Numbered from the whole stretch's first letter, positions 1 to 13,013 are shown. The stretch: 63,896 bases of DNA, filler included, from Cercozoa sp. M6MM (GCA_040357565.1; 11 parts of 11 records of this genome joined end to end with filler, not necessarily neighbours in it); one strand, 5' to 3'. Numbers and translations are program-made. Notes: a model not told the origin generated them from the letters alone.

Positions 1-47
1 GTTGAGTTGAGTTGAGTTGAGTTGTTGAGTTGAGTTGAGTTGAGTTG
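1..47 (+). repeat. (GTTGA)n microsatellite at window start
   Basis: About 9 GTTGA units seen directly; a related AACTC/AAACT run lies in the TLDc intron at ~1570-1650. Confidence 0.9.
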
Positions 48-446
48 CGAAAAGGTTTGGATACCAGTGGTGGAACTTTGCCGCCATATCCCGTGCGCTC
101 GCGCAGATCGACTCCATTGTGCGCGCTCTGCTTGGCAACCGACTGCAAAAAGTCCCAGGCAGGACCTTCACCGTTCGCGTTCGCTCGCTCCATGGATGTC
201 GCGAAACTCGAAGCGCGGCGAATCTGCAAAAAGTCGAGTCGCTGCGATTCGGAATAGAATAATGACAAGCCACGACGCTTGACGGGCTTTTCGCTACGTT
301 GGGCGATACTGATACACCTAGACACGACGCGGCGCATGTGCGCGGCTCTCGGTAACTCGCCTGGTAGACGCAGAACGGTTTTTGTAGCCAGTCATTTTGA
401 GTGCCAGAGTCGCCCCGGTATTAAAGGCATAACGTAATTTACTACA

Positions 447-2467
447 CTAGGCCACAAAAACATCGTCATCGTCATCTCGTACGACAGTCCAAAGCTCGAG
501 CGCGTTGACAATAAAGTCCTCGTCGCCCCTGCAAAAAACCTGATAAATCCATCGATCATTGGCAAACTGGGGTTGTTGTACGCGAGTGGAGGCGAAGCAA
601 AAGTCGTGCACTTGCCAGAACTGCCATGCTGAAGCTCACGGTCCAAGTAGATGGCGAAATGGCCCCCACCGCCCATCGCAAGATGCGATTCCTGTTTTGC
701 AAAACAAAAGCAACTCAAAAGCACAAACATTTCAAAAATAAATATATAAATAAATAAATAAACTACCTGAGCGAACTGAACGTAAGCATTGGCGCCTGTC
801 CAACGGAAAACGCTGAGTTCGACGCCTTCCTCGGCGCCTTTCTTGTCGTTGTGGTGTGTCACGGCATCGATCCGAAAGACGCAGCTTTCGCCACGACCGT
901 AGAACGCTTGCGACATGCGCCACCTGCTCGACGTCACTCCTGCCAATAGCTTTTCTTCGGACAGCGAAACCAACGGCGAAACCAAAATTAAAGTACCTCC
1001 AAAGATACGACCTGTGTGCGAGCGTACAATGAGAAGACTGTGCTGACCTGGCTCGTGCGCAGCACGCAACAGCAGCGTGCGCAGACTGTAGCCATCGCGC
1101 CAGGTAGCATACGTCAGTTTCCAGGGCAGTGTCGTCAGTCGCTCCGGTGCCAACGCTATCAATTTTCGCAACATCTCGGGCGACACAATGTCGGACTCAT
1201 CCCTGTGCACAGTACACACCTTTAAAATTGCATCATTTTAAAACAGAGCTGCCATTTCAGCTTTGGAAGCTAGAAATTCAAAAAAAAAGTCGTACGCGAG
1301 TAAGGAGTCATGTCGCTCGAACAAGAAGCTGAGTCGCTTGTCGAGTTTCGGTCCGCGCGGAGACTGGTTTTCACTGTGTGTGAGCACGCTCAAAGAGCTT
1401 TCTTCGCTCGTCTCGCTGGACTCGCGCTCATCGTCGCACACCTGCTCGCTTGCATCGTCCGACACCTTGCGACATACTTCGTAGCAGTTGCGAAAGTGCG
1501 CACGCAGTTGCACGCACAGACGCGTTCCTTTCCTCGACGAACTAACGATGCCGCTTTCTGCTCACAAAGCAAAGCAACTCAACTCACTGAACTCAAAGCA
1601 ACTAAACTCAAAACAACTACACTAAACTAAACTAAACTAAACTAAACTCAAAGCAATCAAAAGAAAAGCAAGGGTACCATGCACAAGCATGCCGTACATC
1701 ATGTCCTCAGTCGGAATGAATCGCAAAAAGAACTGGCGTTTCTTGCGAGTCACCGACAGCGTGCCGGACACGTGCGCCATTGGTGCAAAGTAGCGACAGT
1801 GCTTCGCAGTGCATCGCGGCACTGGCACATGCGTCGCACTCACGTCGTAGTGAACAATCTCTTCACGCACTTTCTCGAGCGTCTCGCGCACTTTCGCTTC
1901 CTCCGCTTGCAATTGCTTCGCCACAGCGGCACACCGAACACGCACTTCGGCACACGCGTCGCTCTGCGCCGTTTGACTCGCAACGTCGCTCACAACGTCG
2001 CTTGCACTCGAAACGTCGCTTTTCGTCAGAAGCGAAATATCGTTCGAATCGACCGTGATCGAAGTGCTCAAAGTGCGCGCACTCGAAACTGCTTCGCTCA
2101 CCGCGAATACCACCTCGTAAGCCCGAGCACCTCGGATCTGCCATTCAAGCTTGTGCAGCACGCGGCAAAGCTGTCTCTCGCGACGGTGCAGCAGCGGAAG
2201 CTTCGAATCAGCTTGCTCTCTGCAACAGTTTGGTTTTCGCGCATCAATACAAATACGCAAAAGCGAAACTAAGAACCTTAGCGCTTCAATTCGCTTTCGT
2301 TCTTCGCGTCGATGCAGCAGAAATGAAAACGTTTCTTGCATGTCGGTGGGCTCTTCGTCACAATCGAACGTGTAGGTAACACTGCTGCCGCCACTTGAAG
2401 GCAACAACTGCTCGCGCTTTTCACGCAGTTTAGCTATCTTTCGTCGAGCCCTTGAGAACTCGTCCAT
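447..2467 (-). CDS. TLDc-domain protein (OXR1/NCOA7-like), multi-exon
   Basis: Spliced protein has WKLTYATWRDGYSLRTL, FYGRGESCVF, FRWTGAN, LAMGGGGHFAIYLDRELQHGSSGKCTTFASPPL and GDEDFIVNALELW, typical of TLDc; TAG at 447-449. Confidence 0.88.
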
Positions 2468-2795
2468 CTAAATAATACGACATTATGATGTCGACAAAAA
2501 GGTGCCATCGCCAGAAAAACTGCCACAAAACAAGAACTAACGCACCTCTGCACTAAATGCCGGTCTGACCCTGCGAAGTGCACTCTATGGCCGCCGGCAC
2601 ACGCCTGCAGCTGACAGGACCGCCAGCGGCTAAACAAATGATCAAGGACCACGGCAAAAACTGAACTACATCATCAATTGATTCGGGTTGGTATTATAAC
2701 TTGACATCATTCATGATCACTGCACGCCAGTTTCATCCGTTTCGTTTGGGTGTTTTGATTAGTACGAGAACTATAATTTACTATGCTTAGCGTCA

Positions 2796-3602
2796 CTACA
2801 TGGATTGAACTTTGGTTTCAGCCGCGCGGAGCAGCGGTGGCAGCGTGTTCTGACCGGAGCCAGCGAACTCAAGGTTGTCCAAACTGCTGGGCCAGTCACA
2901 CCACTCGAATCCTGTCGACAAAAGCATCACTAGATACCCCTAAGCATTAGACTTAAACACTGTACCCGCATGCTCCTCGCTGCCGGTCACTTCAGCCTCC
3001 GGGTCTGAAAAACTCGAATTCAGATATACAAAAAGAAGAGTTTGAATGAAAGGAACCTGTCAAGAGGCCAAGCAGAATGGTGAGTCGCTTTTCGTAGACT
3101 TGCTGGGTGTTTCGGAATGTCGGGTAGTACTTTGTGTCGTAACGGAACTCGGACGGGTCCAGCACTCGCACCTGCTCGGGAGCCAGACCAGTCTCTTCGC
3201 ACAGTTCGCGCAGCGCAGTTTGTTCCACGCTCTCGCCTCTAACTCAGAGCATTAAGTCGAACTAGAAACAATCAAATGAGTTAATTGTACCGATCGCGGT
3301 GACCCTTTGGCAGGTCATCGCGGTGCTTGTGCTTCATCAGCAGGAACTGCGTCTGTTGTCAAGTTGAGTCATCCAATGTCAAAACAACAGAGGCGGGCTG
3401 GATTGTGAATACCTTGTTATCATCCTTTCGCACGAGAAGAACACCTGCAGAGTGGAGAGCCCACACCTTCTCGCCATTGTGCTCAGTCTAGGCACACACC
3501 TTGTACTCAGTAAACGCGCATCTTTCAGAAAATTACAATCTCGCGATGCAGATCCTGGCCAACACGCCAGTTTTGTGGCCACACTGGTGTCTCAGAACTC
3601 AT
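2796..3602 (-). CDS. Nudix hydrolase, Ap4A hydrolase (NUDT2)-like, 6 exons
   Basis: Spliced: MSSETPVW...HSAGVLLVR...FLLMKH...LPKGHRDRGESVEQTALRELCEETGL (Nudix box); 5 GT-AG introns. Confidence 0.85.
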
Positions 3603-3849
3603 TGTTCGCACACAACGCCGTACGATTGCAAAAGGCCTCATTTCCGTCTTAAAATATTTTTAATTCTTCATCGTTCTTGACCACTCATCGTCCGATTGTA
3701 CAAGTTTGGGGCTGAGCAGGCCGCCGCATAGGACTGGCAACGGAGGTGTTCACAGGCCCTAAGGCATAGTTTCGCAGACGTTTTAGGGATTAGTGGCGCG
3801 ACAGGTGCAGCTGCACGTGTATCAAAAATCTGGTGACCGACTTGCAGTT

Positions 3850-4970
3850 ATGTGGCGTCTAACTGTGCTCGCGGCCGCCCTGTTAGTTGTGTGCACGCGT
3901 GGGTACACTGCACACGTGTCAGCAGGCAATGACGAGTGCTTTTTCGAGCTCGCTGAAATCGGCGAGCGATTTTGGGGCTCCTATTCGGTACAATCTGCTT
4001 CCTTGACGTCGTGTGATGTCTATCTCTGGTACCGCTTGTCTCAGGTGAGCGCAGGTGGCAGCCTTGACATCGGCATCAAGGTCTACGGACCCGACCAGCA
4101 ACTGGTATCTGTTTCCGAATTCTCGGATTCCTTTTATGTGTTTGTGTCAGGTGTATGAAGCAGATAAGCAGCACGATGGCACGTTCGCCTTCATTGCATC
4201 GCAGAACGGTCAGCACAAGGTAAATTGGTCGAAGCTTAAGTAACCACAGTGGTGAAATTGATTGTTTGCAGGTGTGCTTTGACAACTCTGCCTCGGCGAT
4301 CACATCGAAAACGATCAGTTTCGACTTTTTTGCCGGTGACAATCCGGCTGCTGAAGCAGTGAAGGTACGTTCTGTTTGTTTGATTAGTGTTATTTCAGTT
4401 TACTGGGAGACCATTTGGCAGAGCAAGCACCTGACTCCTCTTGAACTCCGAGTGCGTGGTAAATATGAGAGTACTTGGGTTGTTGTCCGGTACTTCTGTG
4501 TTTGGCAGGTCTTGCTCGCTCGCTTAAGGCCGTGAAGGACGAGCAGCACTTCTTGAAGGTACACAAACACTCGTGCTCATCACGTGGAAGGCATGTACGT
4601 GTTGCGTGCAGGTTCGTGAGCGCACGGCACGCAACACGAATGAGGTAGCCTTTAATTTTCGGCCGTGTTCCAATGTTGAGTGTTGTTTTTAGAGCACGAA
4701 CGCTCGTGTGCTGTGGTGGTCGGTCTTTGACTTCCTGCTCGTTGGCGTTGTCGTATGTTTTGGCTTTTTGTTGCTGAGGATAGCTGGTTAATTTGTCACG
4801 TTTTCCAGGGTGTTGCCAACGCTCTCCTGGTGCGCAGCATGTTCACACGTAACGGCGGCAAGGGAGTACCTTTATCTTTGTCCCCTTGTTGTCCATTGCT
4901 CTTTACAAACGCCTTGTTGCGACAGCCCACGTCAACTGCGTCGAACACGCCGTATACGCGACAGTTCTAA
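3850..4970 (+). CDS. p24/emp24 (TMED) GOLD-domain protein, 10 exons
   Basis: Signal peptide, ECFFE, GGSLDIGIKVYGP, VCFDNS, coiled coil, RNTNESTNARVLWWS followed by a TM segment; 9 short GT-AG introns. Confidence 0.92.
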
Positions 4971-6046
4971 ACACTCGTGCGCTCATTCGTGCATGAGCGT
5001 GCTTCATTTTTTTGAACTTAATTTTCGTTCGGTTTTGAACGAACTTGATCCGAACTTTTTCCGATCGGGTGCCACTCGCCTAGCCGTTTTCTTCAATACG
5101 ATGCTATGACAGTCGGCCTCCAACAATCATAGCAACGGACCAAGCCAGGGAACTTAGCCATGGGACTTAGCCAGCCTAGATGATGCTCCGCTGCGCATGG
5201 AGGATGACTATTTCATTTTAGTACTTTTAAGTCGGGCTCAGAATGCACCAGTCTGGGGTGGGTCACAAGAGCATGGCCGTGTCTACCGCCCGCTTAGGGT
5301 GGGACCACACAACGCCCCTTTTGACGTTCCCCGACACCGAAGTCGACTTCATGGTTGGTGCAGCATCAAACGGCTGACTACTTGCTCAAGAGTGGATGCA
5401 GTCTTACGAGGAGCGCTCAACAAGCAAAGATTGAACGCTGGAGCCCCTCGCCCGTTCTCTCGCCGAAACTTGACGGGACCTCCGCTAATGTCAGGAGACC
5501 AAGGCCAGCGTCATCTACGCCGGCGGACGGAGCGTACGCTGGATTTCGCCCTCTACCAGGTAGTGTCGCTTGAGTGCGAGGCGCCTGATAGTAGTGGTTA
5601 ACGTGGGGATATCGACATGCCTTTGGTGGTCAACCGAGGTACTTCACTGGGTGGGTCGGCTTGAGCGTAACTCGCAGAGAGGTGCTTCGACTTCACGGAA
5701 TTGGTGTGCCGGTGTAAGTTCGCTGTATTTCATGGATACTGTTAAGTCGAAGCACCTGGTAGGCCGAATTGACGAGCAATCTTTAAAAACAAGTCGAACG
5801 AAGCTTGGTGCAAGCCATCGACGGCCCTGAAGATGGATCAGCTCTGTTGAGTGACATGAGGACAAGACCGACGAGTTTGGTGATGAAAACTAGTTGAACT
5901 CAGTCAGTCCAGGCCGGCACAGAAACAGAAAAATGATTTCGGATTTTCACGATCGCCGGGAAAAACGGCGCCGGTTTCTGCTTGGGTAGCTTGCAAAAGT
6001 GCGGACGTACGATACAGCACTGCACAGTATCGTTTAGCTGCACAAT

Positions 6047-7785
6047 ATGAAACTGCTCCACGGCACACTCCTTGCAGCCTTGGGTACAAGATGTGCTTGT
6101 GCAATTTGTAGAAGATCTTGTTTTGTGGTCGGTGGTCAGAAGGCGATCACTTTTTTGTTTTGCACAAGCAGCAGGCTCTGCCGTCGTCGCAACGACGGAG
6201 ACGTTGAACACCATTGTCGTTCTGCAGCCTGGGACGTCTGTGGATCAGCTTGTTGCTTCGGGTTTAATTGCTTGCTTTAATTTTGCTTTGCCTTCTTTGT
6301 TTTCGACCTTGGACGCTGCGGTGACAGGTTTGCTGGCTGAGAGTGAAATCACGTCCAAGTTCGACATTGGCGATGCGGTAGCTTTGACGCTGTACTCTCA
6401 AAAACTCAAATCATGTGTTTTTACTGTATCTTACTTGAGCAGGGTCGCTTTGCCGGCTTTGTGACAAAATCGACGCCGAGAGAGCTGCAGCAGCTGCAAC
6501 AGTCGTCGCTCGTGCGTTTCATTGAGCAGGACAAAATCTACCGTGCTCTAGGGTGCGTTGTGAACTCACTTTACACTCTAACTGTACCCAAATGTTACAC
6601 ATTTTTCGCAGCGAGTCGCAGCCGTGCGGACCGAACGATTTGTGTTCTTGGTGAGTGTGACCGCTTTCTTTTGTTTCCAGTCATAATTAGACGTATCCGC
6701 ACAGGGGTCTCGATCGTATTTCGCAAGACGACCTCCCTCTTTCAGGCGGTACAGCTGTGTATATTCAGCAATGATTAATTGATGTACACCCGTGTAGAGT
6801 ACACGCATGACCCGGAAGGTGGTCGTAACGTCGATGTTTACATCGTAGACACCGGAATCAACACGAAGCATGACGACTTTAATGGTTCTATAGTATACAT
6901 ATGTATATGCATATGTTCATATTTTTAGCTATATATATATTTGTGTGTATGTGGATAAACTGACAGGACGCGCCAAGTTCGGCGCATCGTTCCCGTCGGA
7001 CGCGCGGCACCACGACACGGACTGTCAGGGCCACGGCACGCATGTGGCTGGTACTGTCGGCGGCACGCACTTTGGCGTGGCCAAGGCGGCCACACTGATC
7101 GGAGTCAAAGTCATGGGCTGTCTCGGCTTTGGTTCCACCTCGGATATCGTGCAGGGTAGTTGCCTCCTCCCCACTCTCCTTGTGTGCGTTGTTAACTCGA
7201 GCACACTTAGGTATCGACTGGGTCACGCGTCAGCACACTCGCAGCGGCAAGGCCTTCTCAGTGGTAGCATTACGTCTTTGTTTAGTATGCATTGATATGG
7301 TTGGTTTGGACAGTTGAACATGAGTTTGGGAGGCAGTCAGAGCGATGTACTGGATGCTGCGGTGGATGCTTCGAGCGCCGCCGGCGTCGTCAACGTCGTG
7401 GCTGCCGGCAACTCACGCGGTGACGCGTGCCACCTGTCGCCTGCTGGTGCCGAGACGGCCTTCACTGTACCACAAGTGCTTTCTGACAATATCGACCTGC
7501 TGAGAACTTGTACTGAATTCTGTCAGGTCGGAAGCACGAGCAAGAAGGACAAGATCTCCTACTTTAGCGAGCGCGGTCCGTGCGTCGACATCCAAGCGCC
7601 CGGCTCGTCCATCACGTCGGCCTCCAACAAGTATTCGCGCTGCACTGACACTGTCCCCTTTCGGTATGTCAGTGTTGGTGTGTATGCAGGCCCTACAAGA
7701 ATGGCGCGACGCCGGAGGGACAAAAGACGCAGAGCGGCACCTCGATGGCTGCGCCTCACGGTACACTTTATTATACAAATATACG

Positions 7786-7816
<31 letters not shown>

Positions 7817-8233
7817 GATTAAGAGGTATATTGATAGATATAGTGATACAGTGATATAATGCCACAGCTTTATATATGTGTATCAAATTATGTGTGTCTA
7901 TGGTCTGCACAGTCGCCGGTGCCGTGGCGGTCAAGCTGTCGCAGCAGTGCAGTCACGACATGGTCTCGGTAAAACCTTTGTTCTTTAAACGCAAGAGTCA
8001 TGTGATATACTGTACATGCCCCCCCCCCCCTGCAGTGCCGCTTCCAGTCCGTCGACGAAATTGTGGCCTCCGTCGTTGCCGATGCTGTGTACTTCACATA
8101 CATACATACATAACATGGAGTATAAGTACACCTTATAATATTAATGCTTGAACTGAACAGCGAGGACAAGTTGAGCAATGTGCCGTCCGACACTGTGAAC
8201 AAACTTCTCTACGTGCGTGCCTCGGCCAACTAG
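6047..8233 (+). CDS. Secreted subtilisin (S8A, proteinase K-like) with I9-type propeptide
   Basis: Signal peptide; catalytic motifs [34 protein letters not shown]; ends [14 protein letters not shown]. Confidence 0.93.
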
Positions 8234-8404
8234 GCTCGACCATAGCTGCTGCACCGTCGCGGACGGTGTGCTTTATCGCCTGGACGGACGGACCGGCATG
8301 TGCATTGAGTAGTCGAGTCCCGCAAAATGACCAGCACCGCAAGACAGCTTAAAGCTGAAGCTTATATCTCGGCTTAACTAAACCTGTCTCGTCTGGGCAG
8401 TTAC

Positions 8405-8895
8405 TCAGGCGGCCTGTCGCTGGCGCAGTCGCAGTCGCAACTGCACGCGTTCCAGTAGCGGCACGCGGCGCGTCATCACGGCCGGTTTCTTGTGCTCCTC
8501 TGCTGCCTCCGACTGGTCCGTCATGGCGTCCTTGTCGCCAGCGGCAGTGACAGAGTCGCCAGTGTCGCGCAGCATCTTGAACAGACCGGTTCCGATCGGC
8601 ATCGGCTTGCCCATAATGATGCACTCGGACACACCTATTTTCGCCGGAAGACACAATAGCCACACCAATAGCCAAACTTGAGGGTATGAAAGTACCGGCG
8701 ATCGGATCGCTCACGCCGCGGAAGGCGCCGTCGAACAGATGATCCACCGTCTTTTCGAACGAGGCCAGCATCAGGATCTACACCGGGGGGATGGGTTGGC
8801 AATGGGCAAGGGGAAGTGGGGAAGAAGCTACCGACGACTTCATCTTGCCAATGCCGAAGCGCGTGATGCCAAGCACGGTGCCCTGTCCGAACATG
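8405..8895 (-). CDS. POLR3A: RNA polymerase III largest subunit, 3' end (partial)
   Basis: VLGITRFGIGKMKSS/ILMLASFEKTVDHLFD/GVSECIIMGKPMPIGTGLF is the RPC1-type C-terminal region. Confidence 0.9.
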
Positions 8896-8898
8896 CGT

Positions 8899-9041
8899 AC
8901 ATACATACATATACATACATACATATCCATACATACATACACATACATACATACATATACATACATACATATACATACATACATATACATACATACATAT
9001 ACATACATACATATACATACATACATATACATACATACATA
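8899..9041 (+). repeat. (CATA/TATA)n intronic microsatellite at contig end
   Basis: Seen directly. Confidence 0.9.
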
Positions 9042-9141
9042 NNNNNNNNNNNNNNNNNNNNNNNNNNNNNNNNNNNNNNNNNNNNTTAATTAATTAANNN
9101 NNNNNNNNNNNNNNNNNNNNNNNNNNNNNNNNNNNNNNNNN
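9042..9141. other. Artificial contig linker (N44-TTAATTAATTAA-N44); also at 13014, 18875, 22396, 27506, 31396, 35792, 42677, 46022 and 61338
   Basis: Identical 100-nt spacer with stops in all six frames; plain N gaps also at 10738-10837, 28530-28539 and 44133-44232. Confidence 0.98.
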
Positions 9142-9158
9142 TTTTTTTTTTAATTCTT

Positions 9159-9938
9159 GACTGGACACTTTTTGATCAGTTCAAACTGCCGGTTTCGGTC
9201 AAGTTCGGCTTTGTGCAAAAACTAACGATCCAGGTGTGTCTGTGGCAGTGTGAGTTTACTTTTAGACTTAAAGACACGTGTGGGCGGTGTTGAACACAGC
9301 TGCCGGGATTCACGCCGGGTGTGCTTCGCACCGCGCCGGTGGTGGTCGAGATCGACGGTGTCTACGCACTCGTGCGACCTGCACTTTCGAGTGACACCGA
9401 ACATGAAGAGGTCGCTGTTGTCAAAGCACCCGTGACTCAAGGAGAGAGCGTTTGTGTGTCTTTGCAGAAGGAGCAGGTGTTGGCGCGAAAGCGACTCAAC
9501 GTGAAACGTCAGTTGCTGCACGAGCACGACCAGTTGTGGCTGCAGCAAGTGCTTCACTCCCTTTCACTCCCTTTTACCCCCCTTTACCCCTCCTTTACCC
9601 CTCCCCTTTGAGCTCTTTTATTCACTTTTGCTCCCTTTTAAATCCTTTGACCCGTGCTCCTTGTGTGTTGCTGTAGCACCCGGAGATAGCGCAGTCGGAA
9701 GCGTCGTTTTGGGACGGTTTGGCACAGGCCGTGGTGCGCAACCTGCGTCTGCATGTCGGTAGGGTGTTATTTATCCCTCCATAACCCTTATACCCCCTCC
9801 ATTTTTAGGCAAGGTACACCTGCGGTATGAGGACACATCGTGCGCACTGGGAGTACTGCTGGACGCTCTGCATGCTGCCCCTGACAACGAGGATGTGTAC
9901 CTTCCAAGACATCTATAGAATATATTTAGCTATACATG

Positions 9939-9969
<31 letters not shown>

Positions 9970-12935
9970 CATGTATTATTATATATGTTAATGTATGTTG
10001 CTGCAGACAAGACGAGGCGCAGAAAGTCGTTCGCACGGTGAAACTGGACGGTCTGCGAGTCTACTGTGACACGCGGTTCCAGGGTAGTACACATCTGGAC
10101 TACTTAAGGGAGCTGTGATAGGTGTGTACTACTCGTACAGACCAGTACAACACACTGGAGGACTTTGAGAACAACCACGCCAACGAACATATGTGGGTAC
10201 GCCTCGCGCATTTTACCCCTTCCCCCCTGTTTACCCCCCTGTTTTACCCCCTGTTTACCCCCCTGTTTACCCCCCTGTTTACCCCCCTGTTTACCCCCCT
10301 GTTTACCCCCTCCCCAGGTGCTACCGCCGCTGCAGTTGCACTCGCGTCTGGTGTGGCAGCGCGTCGACCCACGTGACCATGTAGCTTACTCAGTCACTCG
10401 GACACCTGTCAGTGGGCACGTGTCAGTGGGCACGTGTCAGTGGGCACGTGTCGACCAGTCGAACACGTGTGTGACATGTGTGTGTGCGTGCAGAAGCAAC
10501 GACCGAGGTTCGCGTGGTCGACTCGATGTGAAAAGTACCTTTCATGTGTTCAGGTTGTTGGTGCGCGTGTTCATGTGTCCATGTCTGTGCGCAGACTGCA
10601 GCTGCGGTGCACGAAGCAACAACTGGCGCTGCTCAAGTCCTTCGCGGAGCAGCAGGTGTGTTTACTACCCTATTTACCCCCCCCTATTTGCCCCCCTATT
10701 TACCCCCCTATTTGCCCCCCTATTTACCCCCCTATTTNNNNNNNNNNNNNNNNNNNNNNNNNNNNNNNNNNNNNNNNNNNNNNNNNNNNNNNNNNNNNNN
10801 NNNNNNNNNNNNNNNNNNNNNNNNNNNNNNNNNNNNNCCCCCCTATTTACCCCCCCTGTTTACCCCCTGTTTACCCCCTATTTACCCCCCTGTTACCCCC
10901 TATTTACCCCCCTGTTACCCCCTATTTACCCCCTATTTCCCCCCTATTTATTTCTACCTCCTTTGTATCCTCCTTCATCTCTCATTGTTACCCCTTTTTA
11001 ATCCCCTTTTTTATCTCCCTTTTTGTATCCCCATTTCATCCCTCTTTTACCCCCTTGTTCACCTCTTTATTTCCTCGCTAACTCCCTGTTCATCTCCCTG
11101 TTACCCCTCTGGTTAACCACCCCCCATGCAGCAAGTGAGGAAGGCGCAGGCGACGGTGGGTGCCGCCTTTCGTCAGTTGGCCAAGTACCTGTCCTCCCTG
11201 CCTGAACCAACTTGTTCAGTGTGAGCACGTGCACGTGCAGACACCGTCCCGAGTGCCGACCGTCGGAGGATGCGCGTGCGTGGTGGCGTTACGCGTGTCG
11301 CTGCGTGCGCACCTTGCAGAAGGTTACCCCCTGTTTACCCCCCTGTTTACCCCCCTGCTTACCCTCTTTCCCTGCCTAACGCAGAGAGCAGAAGAGACGC
11401 ACGACTTGACATTTTCGCTGACCGAGGAGGGTCTAGCAGAGTGGTACTTTGTGACTGGTGGTGTGGCACATGTGCACTGGGGATGGGGAGGGGACGGTAC
11501 AGTGGCACATGCGCACGTGTGTGACCCAGGCGACGCACGGAGCGACGCTACACGGAGCTGTGTCTGCGGTGGCGATACGCGACCACACTGGCGCTGTCGC
11601 CTCTGAGTGGTACCACTGGCACATGTGCTGACTGGCACATGGGGTGACTGGCACATGTGCTGACTGGCACATGGGGTGACTGGCACATGGGTGACACGTG
11701 GGTGGACCCGTGGCACGTGCGCAGAGGAGGAGCGCGAGGAGTGGCAGCGACTGAGCGACGCACTGTCGGTGGCGCACGCCGTGCACTGCCGTCGCTCGGC
11801 CGATCGGCGTGCAGACGTGCTGCGTCGGCGGCAGCAGCTGCAGCATTTGGTACCACTGACCACGTGCTCCGTGTCCCAGTGACCACGTGTCCCAGTGGCC
11901 ACGTGTCCCAGTGGTACCATTGCCATCGACCCTCTGTGTTGCAGGAGAAGCAGGCACAAGTGGGCTGGTGGGGCTGGCTCACGGGCGGTCCGACCGTTGA
12001 TACCGGTGACGGTTCGGTCGCTGATACCACTGACGGTGCGGTCACTGACGGTGCGGTCACTGACGGTGCAGTCGCGGTCACTGACGGTGCCGTCAGCGAC
12101 GAGAGCGATCAGGCGGCGCAGTACCTGTCGCAGTGCGCCGACGTGTCCGACCTGCTGACGCAACTGCCGGACGACTTCGTGCTGCTGCGACTCGCGCTGC
12201 GACTCGACCACTGCGCCGTGCTCGTGCTGGGCGGTTTTACCCCCCTCTTTACCCCCTCTTTACCCCCCTCTTTGCCCCCCTCTTTACCCCCCTCTTTACC
12301 CCCCTCTTTACCCCCCTCTTTGCCCCCCTCTTTACCCCCTCTTTACCCCCCTCTTTACCCCCCTCTTTACCCCCCTCTTTACCCCCTTATTGCCCCCCGT
12401 TACCCTCCTCTTTACCGCTCTTTACCCCCCTCTTTACCCCCACTTTACCCCTTCCGCTTACCCCCCACTTTACTCCCACATGACTCCCCGTTTACCCCCC
12501 CCCCTGTGAAGAGCACGAGACGCAGGACGAAGTGATCGCGCTAAAGTTCGGCGGCCGCGCGGCCTTCACGAAGCGGCCACGTGGCAACTGGGCACTCGAG
12601 GGTACTGACTGGGTGGTCACACTGACTGGGTGGTCACACTGACTGGGGTGACACGTGTGACACGTGTGTGTGTGTGACAGTGACGTCCAAGGCGGGCCGA
12701 CTGGAGTCGCTGCGGGACGCAGTGACGGCGTCGCTGCAGGAGGCGTTTTTCGCACTGGAGAAACGTCCGCGTGTGACACGTGTCAGCACTGACGGTGTCA
12801 CTGGCACTGAGGACGGTGGCGACAGTGAGGACGGCGACGGTGGCGACGGTGAGGACGATCAGCCCAGGTGGAGTGTGACGGCGCGCGTGCCCTCTGTCGT
12901 CGGTCGCGTCGACCTGACGCAGCTGCGCGATCTGG
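9159..12935 (+). CDS. VPS13: VPS13-family (chorein-N) lipid transfer protein, N-terminal part, partial
   Basis: Exons give FKLPVSVKFGFVQKLTI, PVVVEIDGVYALVRP, SFWDGLAQAVVRNLRLHVGKVHLRYED, KLDGLRVYCD and ARVWWRYA, matching chorein-N/VPS13 motifs. Confidence 0.8.
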
Positions 12936-13013
12936 TTGCTTTACCCCCCTGTTTACCCCCCTGTTTACCCCCCTGTTTACCCCCCTGTTTACCCCCCTGT
13001 TTACCCCCCCCTG
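10210..13013 (+). repeat. Intronic (TTTACCCCCC[TG/TA/TC])n arrays in VPS13 introns
   Basis: 11-12-nt units tandemly repeated at ~10210-10315, 10660-11120, 11325-11365, 12235-12505 and 12940-13013. Confidence 0.9.

Noticed and set aside
2636-2730. Possible C/D snoRNA on the minus strand (TGATG boxes); similar boxes at ~14210-14260
   Set aside because: Boxes are imperfect and I could not identify an rRNA/snRNA guide; needs snoscan or Infernal
5197-5601. 134-aa intronless ORF
   Set aside because: No recognisable motif and unlike the intron-rich genes around it; probably spurious or TE debris
5820-5895. CTGAAGA hammerhead-like start
   Set aside because: No properly placed stem II and GAAA follow
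9042-9141. Recurrent TTAATTAATTAA within N runs as a biological repeat
   Set aside because: Artificial six-frame-stop linker used to concatenate contigs; gene clustering across linkers is not real
12235-12505. TTTACCCC arrays as telomeres or CRISPR arrays
   Set aside because: They are internal to introns, have no unique spacers and there are no cas genes; the unit is not a standard CCCTAA-type repeat
10165-12535. Pro-rich (LFTP/YPP), His-Thr and Cys-Val ORFs in the track
   Set aside because: Translations of intronic TTTACCCC, CA and TG repeats
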